Assembly (NCBI GenBank): GCA_044376575.1 | Contig: JBILKR010000006.1 | Span: 24,211 to 88,210 of the forward strand | Source of the DNA: Flavobacteriales bacterium | Lineage (GTDB): Bacteria; Bacteroidota; Bacteroidia; CAIKAF01 | DNA length: 64,000 bases | Direction: 5' to 3' | Shown: positions 19,914 through 29,663 of the stretch, one piece after another | Position numbering within the stretch: the first letter of the stretch is position 1 | Layout of the letters: every line of letters starts with the position of its first letter | The notes under the pieces: model-generated | Seen by the model: the letters and a program-made list of their open reading frames with translations, nothing else | The model's database searches: none | Told to the model about the DNA's origin: nothing | Made by a program: the position numbers and the translations under genes

Positions 19914-22472
19914 ATGAAATCAAAATATTCCATCGTTCTGTCTTTCATCTTCTGGATACATGCAATTGTTGTATTGCATGGACAGACAACAGTGTTTATG
20001 GATAATTGTAATGTTTTGGGAGGATGGACAAACACTGGAAGAATTTTTCCTGCGAATTTACCCGGATATGACTGGTTTTCAGTGGATCCCATTGTTCCGA
20101 CAGATGATCATACAGGAGGAGGAAATTGCTTTTATGTAAACGGGAACAACAATTATCTGCAAGCCGGTGGTGGCAGTTACATTATTTATCAACTTGTATC
20201 TCCATCAATAAACTTAACCGGATTTAATAATACACGATTAGAGTTCTGGATGCAGATGCGCAGCGAAACAGGCAACTGGGATGGTGGATATGTTGAATGG
20301 TCGCACAATGGAGTAACCTGGACAAAAATTACTGCAGCTCAAATGTGTATTCCATTTGACGGGCCAATGTCTCAAAATGCTTCTTCTACTCCTTATTATC
20401 CCTTAAATACACCGGCATGGTTTAATCCGAAATTAGTATGGACTCGTGTTTTGGTTGATATTTCTGCCATTGACAATGTTCCTTCGTTTAGGCTGAGATT
20501 TACTTTTCATTCAGATGAAGCATTGGCTGACCGAGGATGGACAATTGATGATATCCATATTGTAAGTGTTGCAATACCACAAGTGCAAGGTAATGCTATC
20601 ATTATTCCTGACAATGATATTACGCCGATTATAGCAGACGGAACTGATTTTGGACAGGTTCCTATCGGACAATCCACCACGCAAACATTTTTTATTCACA
20701 ATATCGGAGAAGCACCGCTCACGCTCACAGGCACACCATACGTTACTGCAACCGGAACAGGATTTACAATTCTTAGCCAACCGGCCACCAATGTGATTCC
20801 TGCCGGAGGATCCGTACCATTTACTGTAGAATTTTCACCTCCGTCTGCCGGAACATTCAACGGAACAATTAATATTCCAAACAGCGATAATTTTTCTGCC
20901 TGTACACCACCTAATCCATACAATTTTGCGGTTAGAGGAAAGAACTTAAATACAGCACCTTATCTTACCAATCAAATTCCGGACACAAATATCTGTGCCA
21001 ATGCAAATAATGTTCAGATAAATTTTTCTTTCAATGACCTGGAACAGGCTCCAGGGAGTATAACATTTACTGCTAATTCCAGCAATCCTGCTGTAGTTGC
21101 CAATGCCAACATTAATATTTCTACTGTAGGGAATAACGGCACTATTACAATTACACCAACGCCCCCCGCCATTGGCTCTGCTACTATTTCAATTACATTG
21201 AATGACGGACAAACCATCAACAATGACTCAACATTTACATTCAATATTAACTTTGGTGATACACTACCGCCCGTCGCCTTGTGCCAAAATCTGCAGGTAC
21301 AACTGGATGCGCAGGGGTTTGGAAGTATTACTCCTCAGCAGGCGAACAATGGAAGTTCAGATGATTGCCAGATTGCACAAATGACCCTAAGCCAAACACA
21401 ATTTACCTGTGCTGATGTTGGAAATATACCTGTTGATTTTACAGTTACTGACTTAACAGGAAACAGCAGTGTTTGCCAGTTAATGGTTACGGTACTGCCT
21501 CCTCCTATATTAATACAACAGACCATCAGTTCTTACAATGGTTTTGAAGTATCATGTAATCAGGGTAACGATGGCTTTATTCAATTACAGGTGAGCGGAG
21601 GTTGTGCTCCTTATCAATATGCATGGAGTAATAATCCCGCAAATAATTCACCTAATGCAAACAATCTGATTGCCGGTAACTACACCGTTGTTATTACAGA
21701 CATTTCAGGACAATCACAAAGTGTAAACATTACACTAACCTCTCCCACTGCTCTTACAGATGCTTCCATGATGGTTCCAATTTCTTGTGGAGGTGCTATA
21801 GACGGAGAAATTCATTTAAGTGCAGCAGGAGGAATAGCTCCATATATCTTTAGTACAGGACCGGATTTACAAAATCTTCCTCCCGGAAATTATAATTATT
21901 CTATTACCGATGCAAACAACTGCGTGGTCGATGGCAGTTATTTACTGATTAATCCCAATACCATATCAATTACTGGAGATACATATTATTCCATGTATTG
22001 CGGGAAAGCAGTTTCGCTCGACATAACAGCCAATGGTGGTTCCGGAATATTGAATTATCAATGGAACAACATAGATTTTCTGGATTGCTCAACCTGCGAA
22101 GATCCTGTAGCTACGCCTCCGGGGTCAATGCAATTTGTAGTGACTGTTAATGATGAGAACGGATGCAATAATCAATATGCAGTGATTGTTGAAGTGGAAT
22201 GTAATTTATTTATTCCCAATTCTTTTACGCCTAATACAGATGGTAAAAACGAAAAATTTCATATATATACCGGAGGTATTAAAGCCCTTGAATTTCGAAT
22301 CTTTAACCGTTGGGGAGAAGAATTATTTTTTACTGATGACGAAACACAGGGATGGGATGGAACCTACAAAGGCAATTTAGTTCCTGAAGGAACGTATGTG
22401 TACAGCGTATGGTTGATAATGCCTGATGGAACAGAAAGAGATCTTAAAGGGATGTTGCAGTTGATCAGATAG
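19914..22472 (+). CDS. Large secreted adhesin-like protein with SprB/HYR-like repeats and a type-B T9SS C-terminal domain (gliding-motility-associated CTD).
   Basis: Signal peptide MKSKYSIVLSFIFWIHAIVVLHG. Repeats of the form ...ISGQSQSVNITLTSPTAL.../...CGGAIDGEIHLSAAGG.... The C-terminus FIPNSFTPNTDGKNEKF...RWGEELF...GWDGTYKG...EGTYVY is a CHU_C/type-B CTD signature. Confidence 0.65.
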   Translation: MKSKYSIVLSFIFWIHAIVVLHGQTTVFMDNCNVLGGWTNTGRIFPANLPGYDWFSVDPIVPTDDHTGGGNCFYVNGNNNYLQAGGGSYIIYQLVSPSINLTGFNNTRLEFWMQMRSETGNWDGGYVEWSHNGVTWTKITAAQMCIPFDGPMSQNASSTPYYPLNTPAWFNPKLVWTRVLVDISAIDNVPSFRLRFTFHSDEALADRGWTIDDIHIVSVAIPQVQGNAIIIPDNDITPIIADGTDFGQVPIGQSTTQTFFIHNIGEAPLTLTGTPYVTATGTGFTILSQPATNVIPAGGSVPFTVEFSPPSAGTFNGTINIPNSDNFSACTPPNPYNFAVRGKNLNTAPYLTNQIPDTNICANANNVQINFSFNDLEQAPGSITFTANSSNPAVVANANINISTVGNNGTITITPTPPAIGSATISITLNDGQTINNDSTFTFNINFGDTLPPVALCQNLQVQLDAQGFGSITPQQANNGSSDDCQIAQMTLSQTQFTCADVGNIPVDFTVTDLTGNSSVCQLMVTVLPPPILIQQTISSYNGFEVSCNQGNDGFIQLQVSGGCAPYQYAWSNNPANNSPNANNLIAGNYTVVITDISGQSQSVNITLTSPTALTDASMMVPISCGGAIDGEIHLSAAGGIAPYIFSTGPDLQNLPPGNYNYSITDANNCVVDGSYLLINPNTISITGDTYYSMYCGKAVSLDITANGGSGILNYQWNNIDFLDCSTCEDPVATPPGSMQFVVTVNDENGCNNQYAVIVEVECNLFIPNSFTPNTDGKNEKFHIYTGGIKALEFRIFNRWGEELFFTDDETQGWDGTYKGNLVPEGTYVYSVWLIMPDGTERDLKGMLQLIR

Positions 22473-22474
22473 TA

Positions 22475-22996
22475 TTACTTTTCAAAATCCTTAAAAAGCA
22501 AACTGGGCTGAATGCCTTTATTCCCTTGATACTTCCCACTTCTGTATAGATCATATTCTCCTTCGATACTGTGATAGAAAATCTGACAGATCTGTATGCC
22601 CGGATATATTCTAATGGGTTGTACGCAAAACATTTCAAGTGTCCAAAAACCGCTAAAACCAACATCTCCGAAACCGGCGGTAATATGTACAAAAAGACCA
22701 AGTCTTCCAATAGATGAACGACCTTCTAACATAGGAACATACGCATTGGTTTCTGTAAATTCAATTGTACGGCCGAGATAAAGTTTATTAGGTTGCAATT
22801 CGTATCCTTCTTCCGGGATGATTACTTGGGATGCTGTATTTTCTTTTTTCATGTCAAGCACATGGTTATCATATACAAGCATTTCGTTATGCAGTGTCAG
22901 GTTATAGCTATTCGGATTTAACTGAGATTCGTTATATGGTTCTATTTTAATCTTAGTACCCAGACATTTTTTTATTTCTTTCCCGCTTAATATCAT
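22475..22996 (-). CDS. dcd: dCTP deaminase.
   Basis: MILSGKEIKK...NPNSYNLTLH... is typical of Dcd. Length 173 aa. Confidence 0.88.
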   Translation of the reverse strand: MILSGKEIKKCLGTKIKIEPYNESQLNPNSYNLTLHNEMLVYDNHVLDMKKENTASQVIIPEEGYELQPNKLYLGRTIEFTETNAYVPMLEGRSSIGRLGLFVHITAGFGDVGFSGFWTLEMFCVQPIRIYPGIQICQIFYHSIEGEYDLYRSGKYQGNKGIQPSLLFKDFEK

Positions 22997-23059
22997 ATCA
23001 AAATTTTTTCAAAAGTATAAATCCATTTTGAGACTTGAATCCCTTTTAATATTGACCAT

Positions 23060-24118
23060 CTAATTATTTTTTAAGAAAATGCTTAATCGGACCGGCTGGT
23101 GATCTGAATTTTCAAAATTCAATTGCACTCCTTTCACATCTATTACACGAATATTTGGGGAGCATAAAAAATAATCAATCACTACTTCATCATTTATCCC
23201 TTTTACATAAGGTACATTTAACTTACGATTAGTATTCACAACGGTATCGTAGCTCCAATTCCATCCCGTTGCAGGATATTCCTTATCTACATTCATCGCC
23301 ACTACATTTTCAGGTCCCTTCAACTGAGGAACATATCCGGGAGGAAATTGATTCCAGTCGCCACCCACAACAATATAATTCCCTTTTGCATACTCATTCA
23401 ACAAATATTTTTTAAGCGTATCCATTTGTTGTTGTTTAACCGAACCATCATCATAGGCACTCAAGTGCTGATTGATAACAATAAGCTCTTTCCCGTTTAA
23501 CATGGGATATCGCCATTCCATGAAACACCGCTTCAGCATAAAAATTCCTGTTGGCCATGAAGCATCAGCCGCCAAGGCATGGCGTTGTGCAATTGTTGGT
23601 GCATATTTTGAGAGTGACATTAAACCCCCAACTGCCCTGCCATACGGATTAGATACAGGCTGAGGAACAAACAGTGAATGATAGTTTTTTGCAAACGAAT
23701 ACGCAAATCCAGGCATATCATTTGCAATAGAAGTTACCTGATCGATATAGTAACTCCGTCTTGAATCACGATCCACTTCCTGCAGTAAAATAAAATCATC
23801 GTTAGAAAAAGACTGAATGGTTTTAATAATTCCCTTCAAATATTTTTGTGATAATTCTGTTGTTGGCCTCACTCCTTTACCTCCGTCAAAAAAGAAATCC
23901 TGTTCTTTTCCCAATCCGCCGTAGCCAATGTTCCAAGTAACAAACGTGAGTGTATCTTTTAATTGTATTTCAGCTGGCTTACCAAGCACCTCTATCTTCT
24001 CAATAGCATCCGGTTGATATTCCGTAATTGTCATAAAACCGAGAAAAGAAAGAAACAGCACAATTAGAGTAGCAACTATAATTAGCGTAATTTTTAGTAT
24101 TTTCATTATGGTAATCAT
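23060..24118 (-). CDS. Membrane-anchored endonuclease/exonuclease/phosphatase (EEP) family protein.
   Basis: N-terminal TM anchor and EEP motifs (TWNIGYGG, LLQEVD, SDHQPV). Confidence 0.6.
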   Translation of the reverse strand: MITIMKILKITLIIVATLIVLFLSFLGFMTITEYQPDAIEKIEVLGKPAEIQLKDTLTFVTWNIGYGGLGKEQDFFFDGGKGVRPTTELSQKYLKGIIKTIQSFSNDDFILLQEVDRDSRRSYYIDQVTSIANDMPGFAYSFAKNYHSLFVPQPVSNPYGRAVGGLMSLSKYAPTIAQRHALAADASWPTGIFMLKRCFMEWRYPMLNGKELIVINQHLSAYDDGSVKQQQMDTLKKYLLNEYAKGNYIVVGGDWNQFPPGYVPQLKGPENVVAMNVDKEYPATGWNWSYDTVVNTNRKLNVPYVKGINDEVVIDYFLCSPNIRVIDVKGVQLNFENSDHQPVRLSIFLKNN

Positions 24119-24169
24119 TTAAACAAATATATCATTTCATTATCATCAAATACATGAAATTGATTATCA

Positions 24170-25027
24170 TTGTTTATAATATCATCATCTATGAATGCTT
24201 CCTTTACTTTTAAGTCTGCTGACGGTATAAATATACAGGGCTATACAGGTGAGCCAGCATCAACGCCGGTTGCGGTAATTGCATTATTGCACGGCATGGG
24301 AGAACATGCCATGCGTTACGCGCATGTTGCAGATTACTTCAATCATCAATCCATTGCTTTTACAGCCATGGACCACAGAGGGCATGGCAAATCAGAAGGG
24401 CAGCGGGGACATTCGCCAAGTTTAGATGCCTTACTCAACGACATTGAATTGTTTATTACAAAAACAAAAGAATTGTATCCGGGTATTCCTGTCATTTTAT
24501 ATGGACACAGCATGGGTGGCAATGTAGCTTTAAACTTTATTTTGAGGAAAAAACCACAACTTGCCGGAGCTATTATTACAGGTCCATATCTCCGATTAGC
24601 ATTTAGTCCACCGGCTTGGAAAACAACATTAGGAAAAATCAGCGCACGTATTATTCCAACACTTACGCAACCTACCGGTCTCGAAACAGCAGCTATCTCA
24701 AGAGATACAGATGTTGTAAAGAAATATGAAAGCGATACGCTGGTGCATGATAAAATTACATCTTCGTTTTTCGTAAGTGTTCATTTCGCCGGTCCATTTG
24801 CAATTGAACATGCTGCTGATATAACATTGCCAATGTTGATTATGCACGGTGGTGCAGACCGACTTACTTCCTGCGAAGCAACCAAAGAATTTGCAGCACG
24901 TGCTGATAAAAATGTTGAATTAAAAATTTGGGAGGGGTTATACCACGAAATTCATAACGAACCGGAAAAAGATGAAGTGCTCAACTATGAATTAGGGTGG
25001 ATTAAACGAACAATTCTTTCACATTAA
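24170..25027 (+). CDS. Alpha/beta hydrolase (lysophospholipase/monoacylglycerol-lipase-like).
   Basis: LHGMGEH and GHSMGG motifs, plus a catalytic His near the C-terminus (YHEIHNE). Confidence 0.75.
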   Translation: MFIISSSMNASFTFKSADGINIQGYTGEPASTPVAVIALLHGMGEHAMRYAHVADYFNHQSIAFTAMDHRGHGKSEGQRGHSPSLDALLNDIELFITKTKELYPGIPVILYGHSMGGNVALNFILRKKPQLAGAIITGPYLRLAFSPPAWKTTLGKISARIIPTLTQPTGLETAAISRDTDVVKKYESDTLVHDKITSSFFVSVHFAGPFAIEHAADITLPMLIMHGGADRLTSCEATKEFAARADKNVELKIWEGLYHEIHNEPEKDEVLNYELGWIKRTILSH

Positions 25028-25818
25028 ACTTCTTTGTAAACCCGCTTTGCGATGAGAATACTCAATTCATACAACCCCATCAAGGGGATTGCTACCAGTA
25101 TTTGACTGGCCACATCCGGAGGCGTAATAATGGCTGCCAAAAACAAAATGATAATAATGGCATGTTTTCGATACTGCATTAAGAAAGCAGGAGATACAAT
25201 CCCGGTCTTTGCTAAAAAGTAAATGACTACAGGGAGCTCAAATAAAATACCGCAACCTAATACAACGGTGAGAATGGTTGATATATACGAAGTAAATGCA
25301 GGAGTGTTGCTCACCTGCTCCATTACATCATAATTCCCTAAGAAATTAACGGTTAAAGGTGCCAAAAGATAATATCCAAAACCTATTCCCATCATAAATA
25401 AAATGGATATATAAAAAACGATACCTGTAATTTTCTTTTTTTCATCCGGATGCAATGCCGGTTTAATGAAGCTCCACATTTCCCATGCAATATATGGGAA
25501 TGCTACAACAAAGCCGGCAATAAATGATCCCCACAGATGCCATGTAAATTGTGCCCCCATATCCAGGCTGACAAAATTTGTAAAAGGTAATGCTCCAAAA
25601 CACAGCGCATCGATCCCCAGAAATTTACCTAATGAACAAAACCATTTATAGGTGATAAAATCCTCTTGAGCTGGTGCGAAGATTATATTATCAAAAAGAA
25701 TAGAAGGAAATATGAAGGCAATAATAGCCACAACAAGCACAGCAATAATAGAACGCATGATGTGCCATCTCAATTCTTCAAGATGCTCAAGAAACGACAT
25801 TTCTTTATCTTCACTCAT
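25024..25818 (-). CDS. tatC: Twin-arginine translocase subunit TatC.
   Basis: MSFLEHLEELRWHIMRSIIAVL followed by a 6-TM profile. Length 264 aa. Confidence 0.88.
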   Translation of the reverse strand: MSEDKEMSFLEHLEELRWHIMRSIIAVLVVAIIAFIFPSILFDNIIFAPAQEDFITYKWFCSLGKFLGIDALCFGALPFTNFVSLDMGAQFTWHLWGSFIAGFVVAFPYIAWEMWSFIKPALHPDEKKKITGIVFYISILFMMGIGFGYYLLAPLTVNFLGNYDVMEQVSNTPAFTSYISTILTVVLGCGILFELPVVIYFLAKTGIVSPAFLMQYRKHAIIIILFLAAIITPPDVASQILVAIPLMGLYELSILIAKRVYKEV

Positions 25819-25819
25819 C

Positions 25820-26536
25820 TTATTCGATTAGAATTTGTCCGCCAAGCGAATAGTTCTTTGAAAAATTTCCGGCTGGTAATTGACGATAATAAATCTTTCC
25901 GCCTGATACCGCTTTTGCATCAAATTGCTGAGAAGGGCTTATCCATACTTTTGCTCCAAGGATTGATTTCACTGTAGCATCAGTACATACCAACTTTTCC
26001 ATTTTTACTTTAGAACCGGAAGAGGCATCGATATTAACCACTTCTGATTTCCCGGATACATATACATCAGATCCCTGACCGGCATACACAGTTATTTTTT
26101 TAGTATTTACAAGCAGATTTGTAAACCCATCAAGATTGGCGTCAATGATTAATTCATTTGAATTCAATTCAATATCACATTTAGCCAAACCACCAAACGT
26201 GGGTGTTATTTTTACAATCGGCTGAGTGTAATAAAGAATCGCTTTTATATCTGCATCATTTAAAATTCCTTCTGTTTTAATCACGAATTCATCATTTATA
26301 ACCGATGTAACGATCTTTTCGTTCATGATGTTTTTAGGAAAAATTTCAATCTTATTTTCCTGAGCGGGAATAAGTGTTACAGTGATATTATCAGATACTT
26401 TTACTTTGGTAAATAGAGTAAGATTTCTTGTTTCCTGAACCTGAGCGCACAAAGAAGAAAACATAAAAATCTGAACCAGTACTATAATAATCCTTGCTAT
26501 CATTTGAATGCGTAAAATTAATGAAAATATTAACAA
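25820..26536 (-). CDS. Secreted DUF2807/GIN-domain-like protein (putative adhesin-head-like beta-helix).
   Basis: Signal peptide, then repetitive segments of the form V.V.GSG.V...(SGKSEVVNIDASSGSKVKM, KAVSGGKIYY). The start is possibly at MIARIII (26503). Confidence 0.45.
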   Translation of the reverse strand: MLIFSLILRIQMIARIIIVLVQIFMFSSLCAQVQETRNLTLFTKVKVSDNITVTLIPAQENKIEIFPKNIMNEKIVTSVINDEFVIKTEGILNDADIKAILYYTQPIVKITPTFGGLAKCDIELNSNELIIDANLDGFTNLLVNTKKITVYAGQGSDVYVSGKSEVVNIDASSGSKVKMEKLVCTDATVKSILGAKVWISPSQQFDAKAVSGGKIYYRQLPAGNFSKNYSLGGQILIE

Positions 26537-26564
26537 CGCATCAGATGATGAAACACGCTAATTG

Positions 26565-26669
26565 TTATTGAATAATCATTCCAATAACAGCAATAACTGT
26601 CATGGCCACAACAATAGATAAAATAATATAAGCAAACATTTTTCCTATGCCAGCAAAACAACCACCCAT
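26565..26669 (-). CDS. Possible 34-aa hydrophobic single-TM microprotein. It is not in the ORF track because it is under 60 aa.
   Basis: My own translation is MGGCFAGIGKMFAYIILSIVVAMTVIAVIGMIIQ. It starts 1 nt after the stop of the upstream 51-aa ORF. Confidence 0.3.
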   Translation of the reverse strand: MGGCFAGIGKMFAYIILSIVVAMTVIAVIGMIIQ

Positions 26670-26670
26670 A

Positions 26671-26826
26671 TTATTTATTTATCTTTTTTAAAATCTTGCC
26701 AGCAATTTTCCCTGTGATACGATTTCTAACTCGCTTCACAATATTTCCTTTAGCCACGGCATCCACATCACCTAAAATTTTAGCAGTAGAGTACAAGCTC
26801 CTTCTAATTTTACTTAATAGTCCCAT
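26671..26826 (-). CDS. Possible 51-aa polycationic microprotein. It is not in the ORF track.
   Basis: My own translation is MGLLSKIRRSLYSTAKILGDVDAVAKGNIVKRVRNRITGKIAGKILKKINK. Its ATG overlaps the TAA of the upstream lipoprotein gene (TAATG). Confidence 0.3.
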   Translation of the reverse strand: MGLLSKIRRSLYSTAKILGDVDAVAKGNIVKRVRNRITGKIAGKILKKINK

Positions 26827-27992
26827 TATTTGTCAATTCTATCAAACGGATCATATTTACCCAAATGAAATATCTTACGTATCCATGGTAATTCATCGTA
26901 CTGATATTTCTGAAGTAATTTTTTATTTCCTTCAATTTCAGCCTTGGTTTCCATTTCATCTTTGTGTTTCAGGTAATCAAAATTCATTACTACAGAATCT
27001 TGTTTGAACTGATCCAGTTTATTAATTCGATCCACCTGATCTTGATACTTTTTCATTTCAAATTCCCAGTCACGTTTTGCTTTTGGATTTAATTTTTTCA
27101 AGTATGCCTGATAGATTTTTTCAGCTTCTGAATAACAAGAAGATTGTTGATCAATTAACATATAATATGACATGGCTGCTTCATTAAATCCGGAAGCAGA
27201 AGGGTCATTCGCCTTTCCTAACTCTGCTTTCATAGACGCCAAAATACTTTGGCAATTTGTATTTAGAGATAGCTGAAAATACTCTGCTTTCTTATTCATT
27301 GCCTGGTCAAAGCAGGATTTTGCTTCTATTGGAATGTTATTTAAGATAGTGTAAGCTGCATCATATTTCCTCATTTTTGCTTCTGAATCAGCCTGTTGTA
27401 AAAAGCTATTACAGTTTGATTCATAGAATTGAGCAATTTTATCTTGAGTCTTTTTTAAGAAATCATAGAATTCTTCGTTGTCAAAATTAAAATCCCGGAA
27501 TCCTTGAATAAACGCTTTATCCGGACTATCTCCCACGCCTTTAACTGTAAAAGTATACGAAGCAAAAATGGTTTCTGTAACAACATCCGCAGATAATAAT
27601 GTTACTTCGTAAGTATTCGCATACTTTGTGGGTGCTGTTCCTGTTAAATTTTTGGAAAGCAAATTAATGTCTGGGCCAATAATAAAGCGTGGATTTGCTC
27701 CATCTCCGCCAAAACCAACTTTTGCTACTGCAGCATTGATTCTTGTGGAAAGTATTTGTCTTCCGGATGCTCCCAAATCCGGATAATCAGGAACAAATGG
27801 GGTAAGCTTTATAGACAATTGTAAATCTGTTATTGCGCTACCAGACGAAGACTTACTACCGGACGCATCTGTACTTTCTTGCTTGGTAAACGCACCTTCT
27901 TCATTTTTTCCTTGAGTTAAGGGATCTTCTTTTTTAGTACAGGAGAATAAAACAAAGATCGTTCCGATGATTAGCAGGTTAATTTTTTTCAT
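26826..27992 (-). CDS. Lipoprotein of unknown function (start placed at MKKINLL, lipobox ...LFSC).
   Basis: The ORF extends to 28082, but a signal peptide plus lipobox Cys begins at internal Met 31. The rest is a Cys-containing helical region with no recognised domain. Confidence 0.5.
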   Translation of the reverse strand: MKKINLLIIGTIFVLFSCTKKEDPLTQGKNEEGAFTKQESTDASGSKSSSGSAITDLQLSIKLTPFVPDYPDLGASGRQILSTRINAAVAKVGFGGDGANPRFIIGPDINLLSKNLTGTAPTKYANTYEVTLLSADVVTETIFASYTFTVKGVGDSPDKAFIQGFRDFNFDNEEFYDFLKKTQDKIAQFYESNCNSFLQQADSEAKMRKYDAAYTILNNIPIEAKSCFDQAMNKKAEYFQLSLNTNCQSILASMKAELGKANDPSASGFNEAAMSYYMLIDQQSSCYSEAEKIYQAYLKKLNPKAKRDWEFEMKKYQDQVDRINKLDQFKQDSVVMNFDYLKHKDEMETKAEIEGNKKLLQKYQYDELPWIRKIFHLGKYDPFDRIDK

Positions 27993-28009
27993 TTTAATAA
28001 ATTCAATTT

Positions 28010-28519
28010 TTACTTCACTATTTTTTCGTAATCGGCTATTTTTTTTAACAACAATTTTTGCTGGGTTTCTTCCTTTTTCCAATCACGAGTATCACTTTCA
28101 TTCCAGCCTTCTACATTCCTTAAATCAGATGCCTTTAATGCCCATTTCTTGGCTGATTTATAATCTTCTTTTTCTAAGAAATTATTAACTGCCATCTCTA
28201 TAACTACATACTTTGCTTTTTCTTTTTCATGGTCGTAATAGTTTGTATGGCTTGCTTCATTAATCACATTCAATGCCGCATCAAATTCTCCATTTTTTGC
28301 AAGATATATGCTTTCTGCTTCTGTTATCTTTTGCAGATGTGAGTATGCTCCCAATGATTCATCTGCTGCCATATAAGCTCTTGCCGCCACAAAATCATAC
28401 TTTGAAATACAATCGTCTACGTTTTCACAATCGTACTTGGCTTCAGGCTTTGGAGTTTCTTTTTTTCCACAAGAGAAAAGAAAACCAATACTTAACAGAA
28501 TTAAAATAATTTTTTTCAT
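28010..28519 (-). CDS. Small lipoprotein of unknown function (helical).
   Basis: MKKIILILLSIGFLFSCGKKE is a lipoprotein signal. Length 169 aa. Confidence 0.5.
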   Translation of the reverse strand: MKKIILILLSIGFLFSCGKKETPKPEAKYDCENVDDCISKYDFVAARAYMAADESLGAYSHLQKITEAESIYLAKNGEFDAALNVINEASHTNYYDHEKEKAKYVVIEMAVNNFLEKEDYKSAKKWALKASDLRNVEGWNESDTRDWKKEETQQKLLLKKIADYEKIVK

Positions 28520-28533
28520 AAGAGGTATATTAA

Positions 28534-29547
28534 TTACTTAGTACCTTCAATCACAACCATAGCATCGCCAAGGCTTTGTGTTTTATTTTTTACATTTAGA
28601 CTACATCCTTTCTTCATGGCTTTAGATAGATTCTTAGCAAAATCATAAGCCGTGTACTTTTTACCATCTTCTGTTTTTGCAAATATTCTTACGTTAGTAA
28701 AATACATTTCGGTAGAAGTATTTTTTACCATTTTAAAAGACTGATTTACTGTATTATCTTTCAACCACTCATTAATTTTTTCTCCTATTTCTGTATCACC
28801 ACAATCATCATCTATCTTAACATCACCCTCTTTTTTAGTTGCAACGCGTAAAGTAATTTCAATTCCGTTGGCTAATAAACCGGCAAAATGAGATGTGATT
28901 TGTGTTTTCATATCCCCTATGCTTGACGGGAAGTCTTGTTTAATCAAAGAAGGGATGTCGTTTTCTTTAGATTCTTTGCCAACATTTGCCTTTGAAACTG
29001 AGGCTACAGCTTTATTCGTATATACATCCAAGCATTTTGCAGAATAGGTTACTGACTTATTTAAGTTTCTGCTGGACGGATCAGATTTTAATTCATAATC
29101 TAATTCTACTACATAGTCAGGACGTGCTGTATTTAATAATTCAGCACGCATATCACGTGCAATATCATCCATTTCATCCATTGCATTATTATTAGCAATC
29201 TGTTTTAATTGCTGTTCTAAATCTTCCATTGGGAATCCAGCCTTGGCAAATTCTTCCTGAATAGCAGCTACAGCAAATTTCAAGTCAGGATTTTTAATGA
29301 AAGCTTGCTGATAATTTCTTTCATATGCAACTGTTCCCTGATTTTCCACTTCCTTTAAAAAGCCCATTCGAAGCAACATCGCATCCGATGGCAATACCAT
29401 TATAGTAGGCATAGACTGGCTAAGGGCATTGGCTTCAACCTTAGCTGCCTCTACTTGACCATCTGTGGGCATTAATCCATCAGACTTTTTTTCTCCTCCA
29501 CAAGAAAACAGAATAAAAACGACTAAAATGAATGGAATTTTTTTCAT
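28534..29547 (-). CDS. Lipoprotein of unknown function.
   Basis: MKKIPFILVVFILFSCGGEKK is a lipoprotein signal with the start placed at MKKIPF. No recognised domain. Confidence 0.5.
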   Translation of the reverse strand: MKKIPFILVVFILFSCGGEKKSDGLMPTDGQVEAAKVEANALSQSMPTIMVLPSDAMLLRMGFLKEVENQGTVAYERNYQQAFIKNPDLKFAVAAIQEEFAKAGFPMEDLEQQLKQIANNNAMDEMDDIARDMRAELLNTARPDYVVELDYELKSDPSSRNLNKSVTYSAKCLDVYTNKAVASVSKANVGKESKENDIPSLIKQDFPSSIGDMKTQITSHFAGLLANGIEITLRVATKKEGDVKIDDDCGDTEIGEKINEWLKDNTVNQSFKMVKNTSTEMYFTNVRIFAKTEDGKKYTAYDFAKNLSKAMKKGCSLNVKNKTQSLGDAMVVIEGTK

Positions 29548-29607
29548 AACAATAGTTAACATGTTTATAGATTGATAATATTAAATCAAAAATAATTTTT
29601 TTTTAAT

Positions 29608-29640
29608 AAAAACAAAAAAAGCCTTGCAATTGCAAGGCTT
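29608..29640 (-). terminator. Rho-independent terminator downstream of coxI (minus strand).
   Basis: Perfect palindrome GCCTTGCAATTGCAAGGC, followed on the minus strand by TTTTTTTGTTTTT. Confidence 0.75.
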
Positions 29641-29663
29641 CGTTGTTATATATTCAAAGAAAA

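Noticed and set aside
26696-27007. 103-aa plus-strand ORF spanning the microprotein region and the 3' end of the lipoprotein gene.
   Set aside because: It overlaps better-supported minus-strand genes (lipoprotein C-terminus, 51-aa ORF) that show translational-coupling junctions. Its hydrophobic composition is typical of an antisense artefact.
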